Source: Enterococcus phage vB_OCPT_CCS1. Taken from it: 64,000 bases of DNA. Position numbers and translations under genes: made by a program. Below, in pieces: positions 49,153 through 57,428 of this stretch (its first letter is position 1; every line of letters starts with the position of its first letter). The notes under the pieces are model-generated. The model was not told the DNA's origin. It searched no databases and saw only the letters and a list, made by a program, of their open reading frames with translations. The DNA lies in sequence record ON113170.1; one strand, given 5' to 3'.

Positions 49153-50208
49153 ATGTTCTCAGACCTTCTAACAAATGAACTAGGCATACCAAAAGACATT
49201 GAACACGAATTGCGATATAACTGTCCGTTCTGTGAACCAAATCATGACTATAAATTATACGTCAAGGTTAGTGATGATAATACGAATGGATTGTGGATTT
49301 GTTTTAAGTGTGGTCGTAAAGGTAACCCTATATCGTTTGTAATGGAATACTTTGGTGTCTCTTTTGAAGAAGCATTAGAGATTCTAGAGGGTTATGGTTA
49401 CAGATTCCAGAATAAGAACTACATTCCAAAAGATGATTCATTAACGGATGAAGAGTACTTATTGTTACTACTTGATACTGTAGGGAAACCTAAGACGGTA
49501 GAAGAGGAGGAAGAAGAAAACCTCACGCCCCCTCCTTTACCACAAGGATTCCAACTATTATCACAAAATCTCTACAATCCAGAAGCATACCCATTTTTAG
49601 TTTATTGTCATAAACGAGGTTTTACTTTAAATGACATTATCCGACACAATATTGGGTATGTACTAGATAGCACAGTCAATCTTCCATCAGGAAGACAGAT
49701 TAGGTTAAAGAACCATTTAGTATTCCTTACACATGGTGACGATGGACAGTATCAGTATTGGAATACACGTGCGATTGCTGATAGCTATATAAAGTCTTTT
49801 AATGCACCTAGTAAGGATGGAGAGTACTCCAAGAAGAATACTATATTCAATCTTAACATTGCGTGTAAAACTCCACAAGTAGTAATTACTGAGGGGGTTC
49901 CTGATGCACTAACTTTAGGAGAATCTGGTGTAGGTACATTTGGTAAACAGGTTACAGATGCGCAGATTAATTTAATACTTAAGAGTGTTACTCCTGAGCA
50001 ACCAATTTATGTGTACCTAGACAAGGATGCAAAGAATGAGATAAAAAAACTTGCAGAGCGTTTGTATGAACGACATAAAGAAACTTATATTGTTATAAGT
50101 CCTACAGACAAAGACCCGAATAGTATTGGTAAAGAGAGTGCTTGGGAAATTATTAAGAACCATTCTGTAAGAGCAGATGGCGTAGGTATAATTAAATTGA
50201 TGTTATAG
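49153..50208 (+). CDS. DNA primase (DnaG-like: CHC2 zinc finger plus TOPRIM)
   Basis: CPFCEPNHDYKLYV...WICFKCGRKG zinc ribbon; TOPRIM motifs VVITEGVPDALTL and YVYLDKD. Confidence 0.8.
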   Translation: MFSDLLTNELGIPKDIEHELRYNCPFCEPNHDYKLYVKVSDDNTNGLWICFKCGRKGNPISFVMEYFGVSFEEALEILEGYGYRFQNKNYIPKDDSLTDEEYLLLLLDTVGKPKTVEEEEEENLTPPPLPQGFQLLSQNLYNPEAYPFLVYCHKRGFTLNDIIRHNIGYVLDSTVNLPSGRQIRLKNHLVFLTHGDDGQYQYWNTRAIADSYIKSFNAPSKDGEYSKKNTIFNLNIACKTPQVVITEGVPDALTLGESGVGTFGKQVTDAQINLILKSVTPEQPIYVYLDKDAKNEIKKLAERLYERHKETYIVISPTDKDPNSIGKESAWEIIKNHSVRADGVGIIKLML

Positions 50209-50217
50209 GAGGTACGT

Positions 50218-50880
50218 ATGGAGACAATTAAATATGAAGTACATTGGGTACACCATCAATTAGACGAAGACAAAACTCATGGTGTTTTTGATACATTGGA
50301 AGAAGCTATTCAGTCCGTATACGATTGGTGGAATCAGCATGATTATGAACCACCATATGTGCGTATGTGGACAAAAGACGGTGTAACTACATTGGACTAT
50401 GGCTTCCATTACATGTTTTACAAAATAAAAGAGATAAAGGAGACTAATGAATTGAATCCAGTAGTTAAGTTTACTAAGAGTGAGGGAGCCATTGCTCCAA
50501 AACGAGGACGAGAAGCTGATGTAGCACATGACTTGTTTACAGATAAGGATGCTGTAATTGTACCGGGAAGGCTAGGAGCAACAGTAGTTACTACAGGAAT
50601 TAGAACAGCTTTTGACCCTAATTTGTATGGTCTGTTTATCAACCCACGTGGGGGCATGATGAAGTACCCATTAACTCTAGGTAACACACAAGGTGTTGTT
50701 GAAGGAGAATACCGTGGGGATGTCGGACTTCCTCTTAAGAATACTTTCTCTTTACAATTCGGAGAATATACTAACGCTACTCATGTTTTAGTTATTACCG
50801 AAGACGGTAAGCTTGTAGGGAAACCAGTTAAAGAAGTACGTGAAAGCTATCCAGAATTTGATAAGCTTTATGAAGAATAA
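50218..50880 (+). CDS. dUTPase homologue (N-terminal extension plus trimeric dUTPase motifs 1-3), ends at an in-frame TAA
   Basis: motif 1 VAHDLF (AG.DL), motif 2 VIVPGRLGATVVTTGI, motif 3 GVVEGEYRGDV (G.ID.DYRGE); ~80-aa non-dUTPase N-terminal domain. Confidence 0.75.
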   Translation: METIKYEVHWVHHQLDEDKTHGVFDTLEEAIQSVYDWWNQHDYEPPYVRMWTKDGVTTLDYGFHYMFYKIKEIKETNELNPVVKFTKSEGAIAPKRGREADVAHDLFTDKDAVIVPGRLGATVVTTGIRTAFDPNLYGLFINPRGGMMKYPLTLGNTQGVVEGEYRGDVGLPLKNTFSLQFGEYTNATHVLVITEDGKLVGKPVKEVRESYPEFDKLYEE

Positions 50881-50922
50881 CTAACTAAATTAGGTAATGA
50901 GCTGGATTTAATCTATGGCAAT

Positions 50923-51099
50923 ATGTTTACTGGTGTTTCTGAAACCTATGTTGTTGCAGGAACTATCTTTATTCCAAAGGGTACTCGTTTATGCCAAGCA
51001 TTCTTGCTTCCACGTTACGCTACTAATTTTGTTGAAGTAGACGAATTAGATGAAACAGAACGTGGTGAAGGTGCATACGGTTCGTCTGGTGTTAAATAA
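50923..51099 (+). CDS. dUTPase C-terminal fragment (motifs 4-5), in the same frame as 50218-50880 but after the TAA at 50878-50880
   Basis: KGTRLCQAFLLP (motif 4 GDRIAQLI-like) and ERGEGAYGSSGV (motif 5 RG..GFGSTG); below the 60-aa ORF-track cutoff. Confidence 0.5.
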   Translation: MFTGVSETYVVAGTIFIPKGTRLCQAFLLPRYATNFVEVDELDETERGEGAYGSSGVK

Positions 51100-51335
51100 T
51101 GGCTAGCCGTATCCCAGATTTAAAGATGCCACTTCTTTATCTTGTAGGAAATGCTTCTATTGGTACTCGTGAGCGTGGCTGTGATGTAACAGTTACCTTA
51201 CGAGACTTTTATGTAGACACCCCTGATGACAAGTTAGAACAACTAATAACTTTGACATACAAAGAAGACAAAATTGAAAATTTTACACGAATTAGTGCAG
51301 ATAAATGTTCATTTCGTGTTATACTAGGAGAGTAG
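51099..51335 (+). CDS. hypothetical protein (78 aa)
   Basis: ORF, TAATG overlap with the upstream stop. Confidence 0.45.
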   Translation: MASRIPDLKMPLLYLVGNASIGTRERGCDVTVTLRDFYVDTPDDKLEQLITLTYKEDKIENFTRISADKCSFRVILGE

Positions 51336-51338
51336 ACA

Positions 51339-51650
51339 ATGAAAGAATCACCAAGTGTAAAACTTACAGAAACTCATACAGTTACTCTTGTAAACACTGA
51401 CGTACTTAAAGTAGGACAGGTTATTGGCTTTAGGGTTAACAGTCCTAAACAAGTAGGCACAGAAGTAGTAGATGTTTATTCCGAAGCTGTTGGGGTCATT
51501 GAACGTATCTGGTCAGAACGAATTGAGGTTTTAAACCTGATTACCGGTGGTCGTACAGACCTATGGGCAAATACGTTCGATTGGAGAGAAATTGAAATAC
51601 TGTCAGATGCGGAACACCTGTTGGAGGCGTATAAGAATGGAATTTGCTGA
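51339..51650 (+). CDS. hypothetical protein (103 aa)
   Basis: ORF with AGGAGAG RBS. Confidence 0.5.
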   Translation: MKESPSVKLTETHTVTLVNTDVLKVGQVIGFRVNSPKQVGTEVVDVYSEAVGVIERIWSERIEVLNLITGGRTDLWANTFDWREIEILSDAEHLLEAYKNGIC

Positions 51651-51948
51651 GTATTTCAATAAAATGCAAGAACATTATGCAAAAGGTGAAACTATTGAGG
51701 TAGAAAAGCTTATTAAAAGCGATGGTTCCAAACTAGTTACCTATGCTGAGTTTGAGGATGCTTTAGCTACTGTAGCACAGATTACTACACTTGCTATTGA
51801 AGAAGCATTTCAAGCACAGGAAGCCAAGTTTGGTCTTGTACTAAAAACATTAAGAGAACAAAAAGTTATCTCAGAAGATACTGAAAAAGCTATTCTTGCT
51901 GAGTTTAATAATATAAATGAACTTATGGAGGACGACATTAATGAGTAA
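51637..51948 (+). CDS. hypothetical protein (start adjusted to ATG 51637)
   Basis: GGAGG 9 nt upstream of ATG 51637; the track's start at 51547 would overlap the previous gene by 100 nt. Confidence 0.5.
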   Translation: MEFAEYFNKMQEHYAKGETIEVEKLIKSDGSKLVTYAEFEDALATVAQITTLAIEEAFQAQEAKFGLVLKTLREQKVISEDTEKAILAEFNNINELMEDDINE

Positions 51949-52309
51949 AAAAGCAAAACGTGTAGGATTTATTTCTGAGGAAGATATGAGAACATGGACA
52001 GAGTATTTAGCTACAGGACATGTTCATGATAAAAACCATGCAAAACAATTAGAACGTTTAAGTAAACGTGATATTAGCTTAGGGGACGTAGCTACTATCG
52101 TAGATTTCATGTCAAGACGTAATGATGGTTACATTACTGCTTTAATCGAACAAAACTCTGTTAACGAAAAATTATTTAATAAATTGGGCGTAACAGATGA
52201 AATGCGTAATGAAGCAAAAGCTGAATACGAAGTTGAATTGAAACAGGCACAGGAAGAAATTAAAAAGTTACAAGAAGAGCTAGCTGAAAAACTACAAAAG
52301 GGTGAGTAA
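51941..52309 (+). CDS. hypothetical protein (start adjusted to ATG 51941)
   Basis: GGAGGA 8 nt upstream; ATGAGTAA overlap with the upstream stop. Confidence 0.5.
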   Translation: MSKKAKRVGFISEEDMRTWTEYLATGHVHDKNHAKQLERLSKRDISLGDVATIVDFMSRRNDGYITALIEQNSVNEKLFNKLGVTDEMRNEAKAEYEVELKQAQEEIKKLQEELAEKLQKGE

Positions 52310-52310
52310 T

Positions 52311-52958
52311 ATGAGCACACATGAGGAATTACGTGAACTTGGTTTAGTTGACGAACAAGGTAGCTTAAAGATAGAAGCTAGAAAAACAATGGAAACTCCG
52401 TTACAAGCACTAGCTGATTTATTAAACGATAAGGTATCCAGTGATTCTGGGGTATACGTAAGCGACTGCTTTCAAAGTGTTATGATTCGGGAGGAAAGAC
52501 CTTATCGAGTAGTTAAGGGGTTGCATGATATTCCTACGTTGGTATTTTCGGGAACAGTTTATCCATTAGACAGATTAACATGTTATCCAGACATTCATAA
52601 TATTAACTATCAGGATGTAAGTTTATTTAAACCTGTTAAAGAGGAACATGTAGACCAAGTAATTTTCATGGTACAACACCTTTATAATTTGAACAATAGA
52701 AACAACAATTTGTATATGCAGTTTAAGAGATACCAATGTGGAAAAGTTACCTATGAAGAAATAATGAACACACTTAAGTCTAATATGGAGTTCTGGTCTG
52801 TACCTAATTATGTAGAATCATTAGTTGAAGAGTATTATGTGAACCCACATCTATTCGATGTTAAAACACCTGTAGAACAACTAATTGAACAAGTAGAACT
52901 TATTGAGTCTAGACGTAAACGTGTTAAAGAAAGGGATGACGAGAGTACCCATGACTGA
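52311..52958 (+). CDS. hypothetical protein (216 aa)
   Basis: ORF; ATG right after the upstream TAA. Confidence 0.5.
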   Translation: MSTHEELRELGLVDEQGSLKIEARKTMETPLQALADLLNDKVSSDSGVYVSDCFQSVMIREERPYRVVKGLHDIPTLVFSGTVYPLDRLTCYPDIHNINYQDVSLFKPVKEEHVDQVIFMVQHLYNLNNRNNNLYMQFKRYQCGKVTYEEIMNTLKSNMEFWSVPNYVESLVEEYYVNPHLFDVKTPVEQLIEQVELIESRRKRVKERDDESTHD

Positions 52959-53628
52959 TTACAGTGCAGTAGGAAGAAAGTCAAAATCTAAAGGTGCTCG
53001 GTTTGAACTAGAAACAGCTAAAAATTTATCTAAGTGGTGGGGACATGACTTTCACCGTGTCCCTGCTTCTGGTGGCTTACATTGGAAAGGGAGTAACAAT
53101 GTTGTTGGAGATATTGTAGCTCCTATAGAGGCAGGATTTCCTTTTGTTGTTGAATGTAAAAACCGTGAAGAATGGACTATAGAAAACTTATTCCTCAATA
53201 ATAAAGAAATAAAAAATTGGTGGGCACAGGTTGTTGGTGATGCTAAAGAATCTGGTAAGATTCCTATGCTTATCTTTACCCGTAATCGTGCTAAAACTTT
53301 TGTGATGATGGCTTACAACGAAGACCTCATCAAAGAAATTGAAGACCGTGGTTATCCTCTTATGGTCTCTAATGTAGAATATGTAGACGGGTATAAAGAT
53401 ACCCATTGTTATAAAACATTTACTACTGTGTTAGAAGCTATTACAAGCTTTAAACCTCGTAAGAGCCAAGGGGAAGAACATCTACTTCATTATTTTAACC
53501 CAAAAGAGTATGATTGGCAAAAATCTGGTCTTGTCAGAGAAACAAAAAAAATGGAAGAAGCAAAACAACTTGATGTTGAGGAGTCTTTGGACTTACTTGT
53601 TAATTCCTATTTAGAAGGAGAAAAATAA
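52951..53628 (+). CDS. PD-(D/E)XK nuclease, archaeal Hjc-like Holliday-junction resolvase
   Basis: KGARFELETAKNLSKWWGHDFHRVPASGG ... GDIVAPIEAGFPFVVECKNRE matches the Hjc pattern (G..FE.E ... SG ... D..A ... E.K); start uncertain (52903, 52936 or 52951). Confidence 0.5.
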   Translation: MTDYSAVGRKSKSKGARFELETAKNLSKWWGHDFHRVPASGGLHWKGSNNVVGDIVAPIEAGFPFVVECKNREEWTIENLFLNNKEIKNWWAQVVGDAKESGKIPMLIFTRNRAKTFVMMAYNEDLIKEIEDRGYPLMVSNVEYVDGYKDTHCYKTFTTVLEAITSFKPRKSQGEEHLLHYFNPKEYDWQKSGLVRETKKMEEAKQLDVEESLDLLVNSYLEGEK

Positions 53629-53993
53629 TGGCAGAAATAAACTTTCCAGAAGCGATTAAAACCTACTATTCTTACTTACGTGTTCCTGATTTAAAAGAAC
53701 AAGTATCTAGTATCTCTATTGATTTTGTAGAGAACTGGACAGGTCAAGAAGAACGGTATGTACTTGATACGCTCACTTCTGAAATTAAGCCTCGTTTATA
53801 TAGCTTAGAAACAGCGTATATCATTGAGGACTTTTCACTACCGGAAAAAGAAGCTGACGTAAACGTAGATGAATTGAGCAAAGAAGTAGCAGAGTTCTTT
53901 AAAAAAGCATCTACAGACTTGAAAGAAGCAATTGAGGCATCTAATGACAATCAACCAAGTCATTCAGAAGATACTGAACCGATTAACGATTGA
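53628..53993 (+). CDS. acidic hypothetical protein (121 aa)
   Basis: ORF, TAATG coupling. Confidence 0.5.
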   Translation: MAEINFPEAIKTYYSYLRVPDLKEQVSSISIDFVENWTGQEERYVLDTLTSEIKPRLYSLETAYIIEDFSLPEKEADVNVDELSKEVAEFFKKASTDLKEAIEASNDNQPSHSEDTEPIND

Positions 53994-54153
53994 CCAATTA
54001 GAAGTCACTCCTGCGATGGTAGATATTGTTCTCGAATATCTACCCGCAGGATTGCTTTTAACAGCCAATAACGAGGGTTGGGATGCGGTAGAGCCTGACC
54101 TGCAAGAAGTGGTTATTTCCAATTTGGAAAAAATGAGAGGAGCATCTAAATGA
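53932..54153 (+). CDS. small hypothetical protein; start uncertain
   Basis: ORF overlapping the upstream gene by 62 nt; an alternative ATG at 54013 lacks an RBS. Confidence 0.3.
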   Translation: MRHLMTINQVIQKILNRLTIDQLEVTPAMVDIVLEYLPAGLLLTANNEGWDAVEPDLQEVVISNLEKMRGASK

Positions 54154-54572
54154 TTGAATCAAGTAATGTAAATCATCCAAAACACTATACACAGGGAGGC
54201 ACAGAAGTAATTGACGTTATTGAATACCTAACTTCTAAGTATCCCCCATCAATTCGTTACTCATTAGGCAACGTGATTAAATATGTTTGTCGTGCACCGT
54301 ACAAAGGAAAAGAGGAAGAAGACTTAAATAAGGGTCATTGGTACTTGAATCGCAGTCAGTCAGATATTACTGCAAGCGTAAGTAAAACTACGTGTTCTAT
54401 TCCTACTTTTGACATGGAAGCTTTCATCCAAGATACTGCAAAAGGCTATCGTGAAGAACAGCAACCATTCTTTAAATCCATTATGTACATGTTGGACGAT
54501 ACAGAAGGCACTCCTGTGTTCCGAATATTAAAACTTGTTGAGCGTGACCTTAAGGCTCTTAAAATTGCATAG
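54150..54572 (+). CDS. DUF3310-like phage protein
   Basis: N-terminus NHPKHYTQGGTEVIDVIEYL matches the HP.HY...IE.ID signature I recall for the DUF3310 family; GAGAGGAG RBS. Confidence 0.5.
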   Translation: MIESSNVNHPKHYTQGGTEVIDVIEYLTSKYPPSIRYSLGNVIKYVCRAPYKGKEEEDLNKGHWYLNRSQSDITASVSKTTCSIPTFDMEAFIQDTAKGYREEQQPFFKSIMYMLDDTEGTPVFRILKLVERDLKALKIA

Positions 54573-54677
54573 TTACTACTAGGTAGTACAGAGTTTTACT
54601 CCTTTTGCTTGTAAGGCGTTCCTGTCAGTTATGTTATAATAGAGATAGGAAAACTAAATAGCAAAAGGAGTTTAATT

Positions 54678-55472
54678 ATGAGTAGCACACCTCGAGTAAA
54701 GCGGTTAAATATCTATAATACCGACCGACACTTTAATATAAACTTAATGAAACGTGAAGACATTGCAAGTAAAATTAAAGTGAATCGGTTAAATGAAAAA
54801 GAAATTGAAAAAGAGATGGACGAATTAAGCAAAGTATCGGTTGTCACACCAGTTTGGACAATGAACATGAAGAATGAAAAGTCCTATCTCCTATACCAAG
54901 AAAAATATACAAATGATACATTGATACAGAAATTATTTAAACATGCAGGGTCTGTTTCTTACTATACAGATACAATTGTACCTTACTATGTTATTGAACA
55001 GATTGCTAAAAATCTAACAAGTGAAGTAATTTATCCAACAAAACCTAAATATGAAAATAGAGAGATTGAAAATATCCAGCTAGCATTTACGGCTTGTCCT
55101 GTAACCATTGATTGTCCGGTAGTTATTCCAGATGTTAGTCCTTATGACGTTTTATTTGCTTTACACCCCTTAAAAACAAGTGTAGACAAAGTACAAATTT
55201 CATTTCCGTGGCTGTCAGAATCAGAAATATCTGACAGACATAGACGTTATTATCATAAGGTTGGAGACCATTATGAGGTTAAAGCAAAATATAAATATCA
55301 ATTCTTTAAATATGTCCAGACCTCACTATCCATCTGGGCTATGAACATTTGGATTGTTTGTGATAGTGATGAGGATTTTGCCAATGTCGATTACTATGTA
55401 CAAAAAGAAAAAAATAAAAGAAACGTCAATAGAGAACGTGCTCTCCAACGAAAGGAGAAGTCCGATGAGTAA
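54678..55472 (+). CDS. hypothetical protein (264 aa)
   Basis: ORF with AAAAGGAG RBS; preceded by a TGtTATAAT -10 at 54640-54648. Confidence 0.5.
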   Translation: MSSTPRVKRLNIYNTDRHFNINLMKREDIASKIKVNRLNEKEIEKEMDELSKVSVVTPVWTMNMKNEKSYLLYQEKYTNDTLIQKLFKHAGSVSYYTDTIVPYYVIEQIAKNLTSEVIYPTKPKYENREIENIQLAFTACPVTIDCPVVIPDVSPYDVLFALHPLKTSVDKVQISFPWLSESEISDRHRRYYHKVGDHYEVKAKYKYQFFKYVQTSLSIWAMNIWIVCDSDEDFANVDYYVQKEKNKRNVNRERALQRKEKSDE

Positions 55473-55776
55473 AGATAAAACAATGAACCGGACTGATGTT
55501 GCACGTGCCATCTCTCAATATACAGGTTATCGTATGAAAGACGTGTTAGCTATCTTACAAATGGAAGACGAAGTTATCACACAAGCAATTTCACAAGGAA
55601 TATCAATTAAAAACCATAAATTATGGAAATTGAATATTAAGAAAAAACCTGAGAAGGTCGCATGGGATGGCATTTCTAAGAAGACGTTTATTCAACCAGA
55701 AAAATATGTAGTTAAGTTTGTGCCACTTTCTAGGTTAAAAGAAGCTATAGATACTTACAACGAAGAGAATGATTAG
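55465..55776 (+). CDS. HU/IHF-family (type II) DNA-binding protein, TF1-like
   Basis: MNRTDVARAISQYTGYRMKDVLAILQMEDEVITQAISQGISIKNHKLWKLNIKKKPEKVAW matches the HU fold pattern (MNKTELI.A.A......K..........I...L..G..V...GFG.F..R....R.GRNP); AAGGAGAAG RBS. Confidence 0.7.
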   Translation: MSKDKTMNRTDVARAISQYTGYRMKDVLAILQMEDEVITQAISQGISIKNHKLWKLNIKKKPEKVAWDGISKKTFIQPEKYVVKFVPLSRLKEAIDTYNEEND

Positions 55777-55792
55777 TCATTCTCTTTTTTTT
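55765..55792 (+). terminator. rho-independent terminator (gagaatga-ttag-tcattctc followed by T8); the HU gene's stop codon lies in the loop
   Basis: 8-bp stem followed by T8. Confidence 0.75.
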
Positions 55793-55796
55793 GTCC

Positions 55797-55825
55797 TTGA
55801 CATACCTTACAAAAATGCTATACTG
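55797..55825 (+). promoter_or_regulatory. consensus sigma-A promoter (TTGACA, 16 nt, TGcTATACT)
   Basis: -35 TTGACA at 55797; extended -10 at 55816-55824. Confidence 0.7.
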
Positions 55826-55857
55826 AAATAGTAGAATTACAGAAGGGGGAAGAGAGC

Positions 55858-56697
55858 TTGAAAATACTGTTCTTACAAGATTATATCAGAGAGACCCATG
55901 TACATAACAGTCAGAATGGACAATATGTAGACTATAAACGTACTGACATGGGTAAAAAGCTTACAAGTTTACTTAACGACATAGGTCTAACAGGTCGTGA
56001 TTACATGATTGACTACGACTATGACCTAATTCCTGAACCACAGAAGGTAAATACTAAAACAGGTAAAGTTATTAAATACAAGGAGCCTGTATTAAAACTC
56101 CGGAAAGAACCTGAAAAACGTCTATTAAAACGATTAATGAAAACAAAACCAGACATCATTATTCCTATGGGAGGAATGGGATGTAAGAACTTATTGAATA
56201 GTACTTCTATTACGAAAGCACGTGGTGTTCCTGTACAAAAAACAATCACTGATGAAGAAACAGGAGAGTTTTTTGATACATGGATTCTACCAATGTTTAG
56301 TATGGAATACCTGTCAATGAATCCTAATATTGAGAACTTGGTTAAAGCAGACATTTCTACTTTATCTCGTTTTATTGCAGAGGGCGCACAAGCATTCGAG
56401 CCAAAGAAAGTCGAATATGAGCTTGTTATGACAATTGAACGAGTGAAACAAATCTTTGAGTTCTTGTCTCGGTTTAAACCTCTTACTGCATGGGACTTGG
56501 AAACAAACAGTCTACGTGGAGATGTATTGGGTGCGAAACCACTAGTTATGTCTCTTAGTTGGGAAGAGGGACAAGGTGTTACGATTCCCTTAGAACATCA
56601 TGAATCCCCTTGGAATGAAGAAGATTTAGCTATTGTATACAATCATTTACAAGCTTTTGTAGCTGATGCACAGCAACCAAAGGTAGGACACAACATT
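55858..56697 (+). CDS. DNA polymerase I family (family A), exon 1: 3'-5' exonuclease domain up to the Exo II motif
   Basis: Exo I AWDLETNSL (D.E); the ORF ends KVGHNI followed by TAA, i.e. inside the conserved Exo II motif K.GHN.KFD. Confidence 0.8.
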
Positions 56698-57428
56698 TAA
56701 CAACATGGGTGTTGTAAAATCCCTCTCATATCGGTGAACGCTAAGGGAGAAATCCTATGCCAATACCGAGCCTACATTAACGGTGACGTTAGATGGGGTG
56801 TAGAGACTGAGCCGAGTCCTTGCAGGACAAGGTGAGAAGTGGTGTATCATGACAGAAAGGTTGTGATACTATGAAGAAATGTAAAGTATGCGGAAAAGAA
56901 AAGGATTTAGACCAATACTACACATATAAAAAATATGGCAAAACCTATATCAATGGTAAGTGCAAAGTGTGTACTCTAGCTCAAAACAAGAAATATAGAG
57001 ATACTACTGGTTATGACAGAGCACGTTACCAAAAAGATAAGGAAAAAATTAGACAACTACAAAGAGAGTACAGTAAAACAGAGGAAGGGCGTAAAGCTCG
57101 ACTAGAAGCTTCAAGACGTTATCGAGAATCAGAACACGGTAAACTTAAGCAGAAAGCACGAGCAGTAGTTAACCATGCAATTAGAGATGGTAAGCTAATT
57201 AAGCCAGAAACCTGTATGGATTGTGGTAGAAGCACTCAGTTAGAGGCACACCATAAAGATTACAACAAGCCCTTAGATGTAGATTGGATTTGTAAAAATT
57301 GTCATGAAAATAGACACCACTTAAATGAGGGAAGTACATCTGAGTAGGTACCTGCAAGCAAACCTACTGAATTACCACAGGTGTACTAAGGTATAGTCCA
57401 CTCCTTTAGGAAACTAGAGGGTACAGTG
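56698..57428 (+). mobile_element. group I intron interrupting the DNA polymerase gene (~730 nt), carrying an HNH homing endonuclease ORF
   Basis: the polymerase frame is closed at 56698-56700 and reopens after the stop at 57387-57389; exon 1 ends in U (caacatt) and can pair with an internal-guide-like ggtgttg 15 nt into the insert, giving a U-G wobble at the splice site; the insert ends in G before caatttgat; the arrangement parallels the SPO1 polymerase intron encoding I-HmuI. Confidence 0.7.
56871..57347 (+). CDS. intron-encoded HNH homing endonuclease
   Basis: EAHHKDYNKPLDVDWICKNCHENRHH (HNH with a CxxC zinc site); N-terminal CKVCG...CKVC zinc finger; 158 aa, a size similar to I-HmuI-type enzymes. 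Confidence 0.8.
   Translation: MKKCKVCGKEKDLDQYYTYKKYGKTYINGKCKVCTLAQNKKYRDTTGYDRARYQKDKEKIRQLQREYSKTEEGRKARLEASRRYRESEHGKLKQKARAVVNHAIRDGKLIKPETCMDCGRSTQLEAHHKDYNKPLDVDWICKNCHENRHHLNEGSTSE

Noticed and set aside
50745-50975. Extra sequence in the dUTPase considered as an intein or a self-splicing intron
   Set aside because: About 200 nt is too short for an intein (and it contains a stop) and is at the lower limit for a group I intron. No intron-like secondary structure or HNH/LAGLIDADG ORF was seen. It is kept as an unexplained insertion in the findings.
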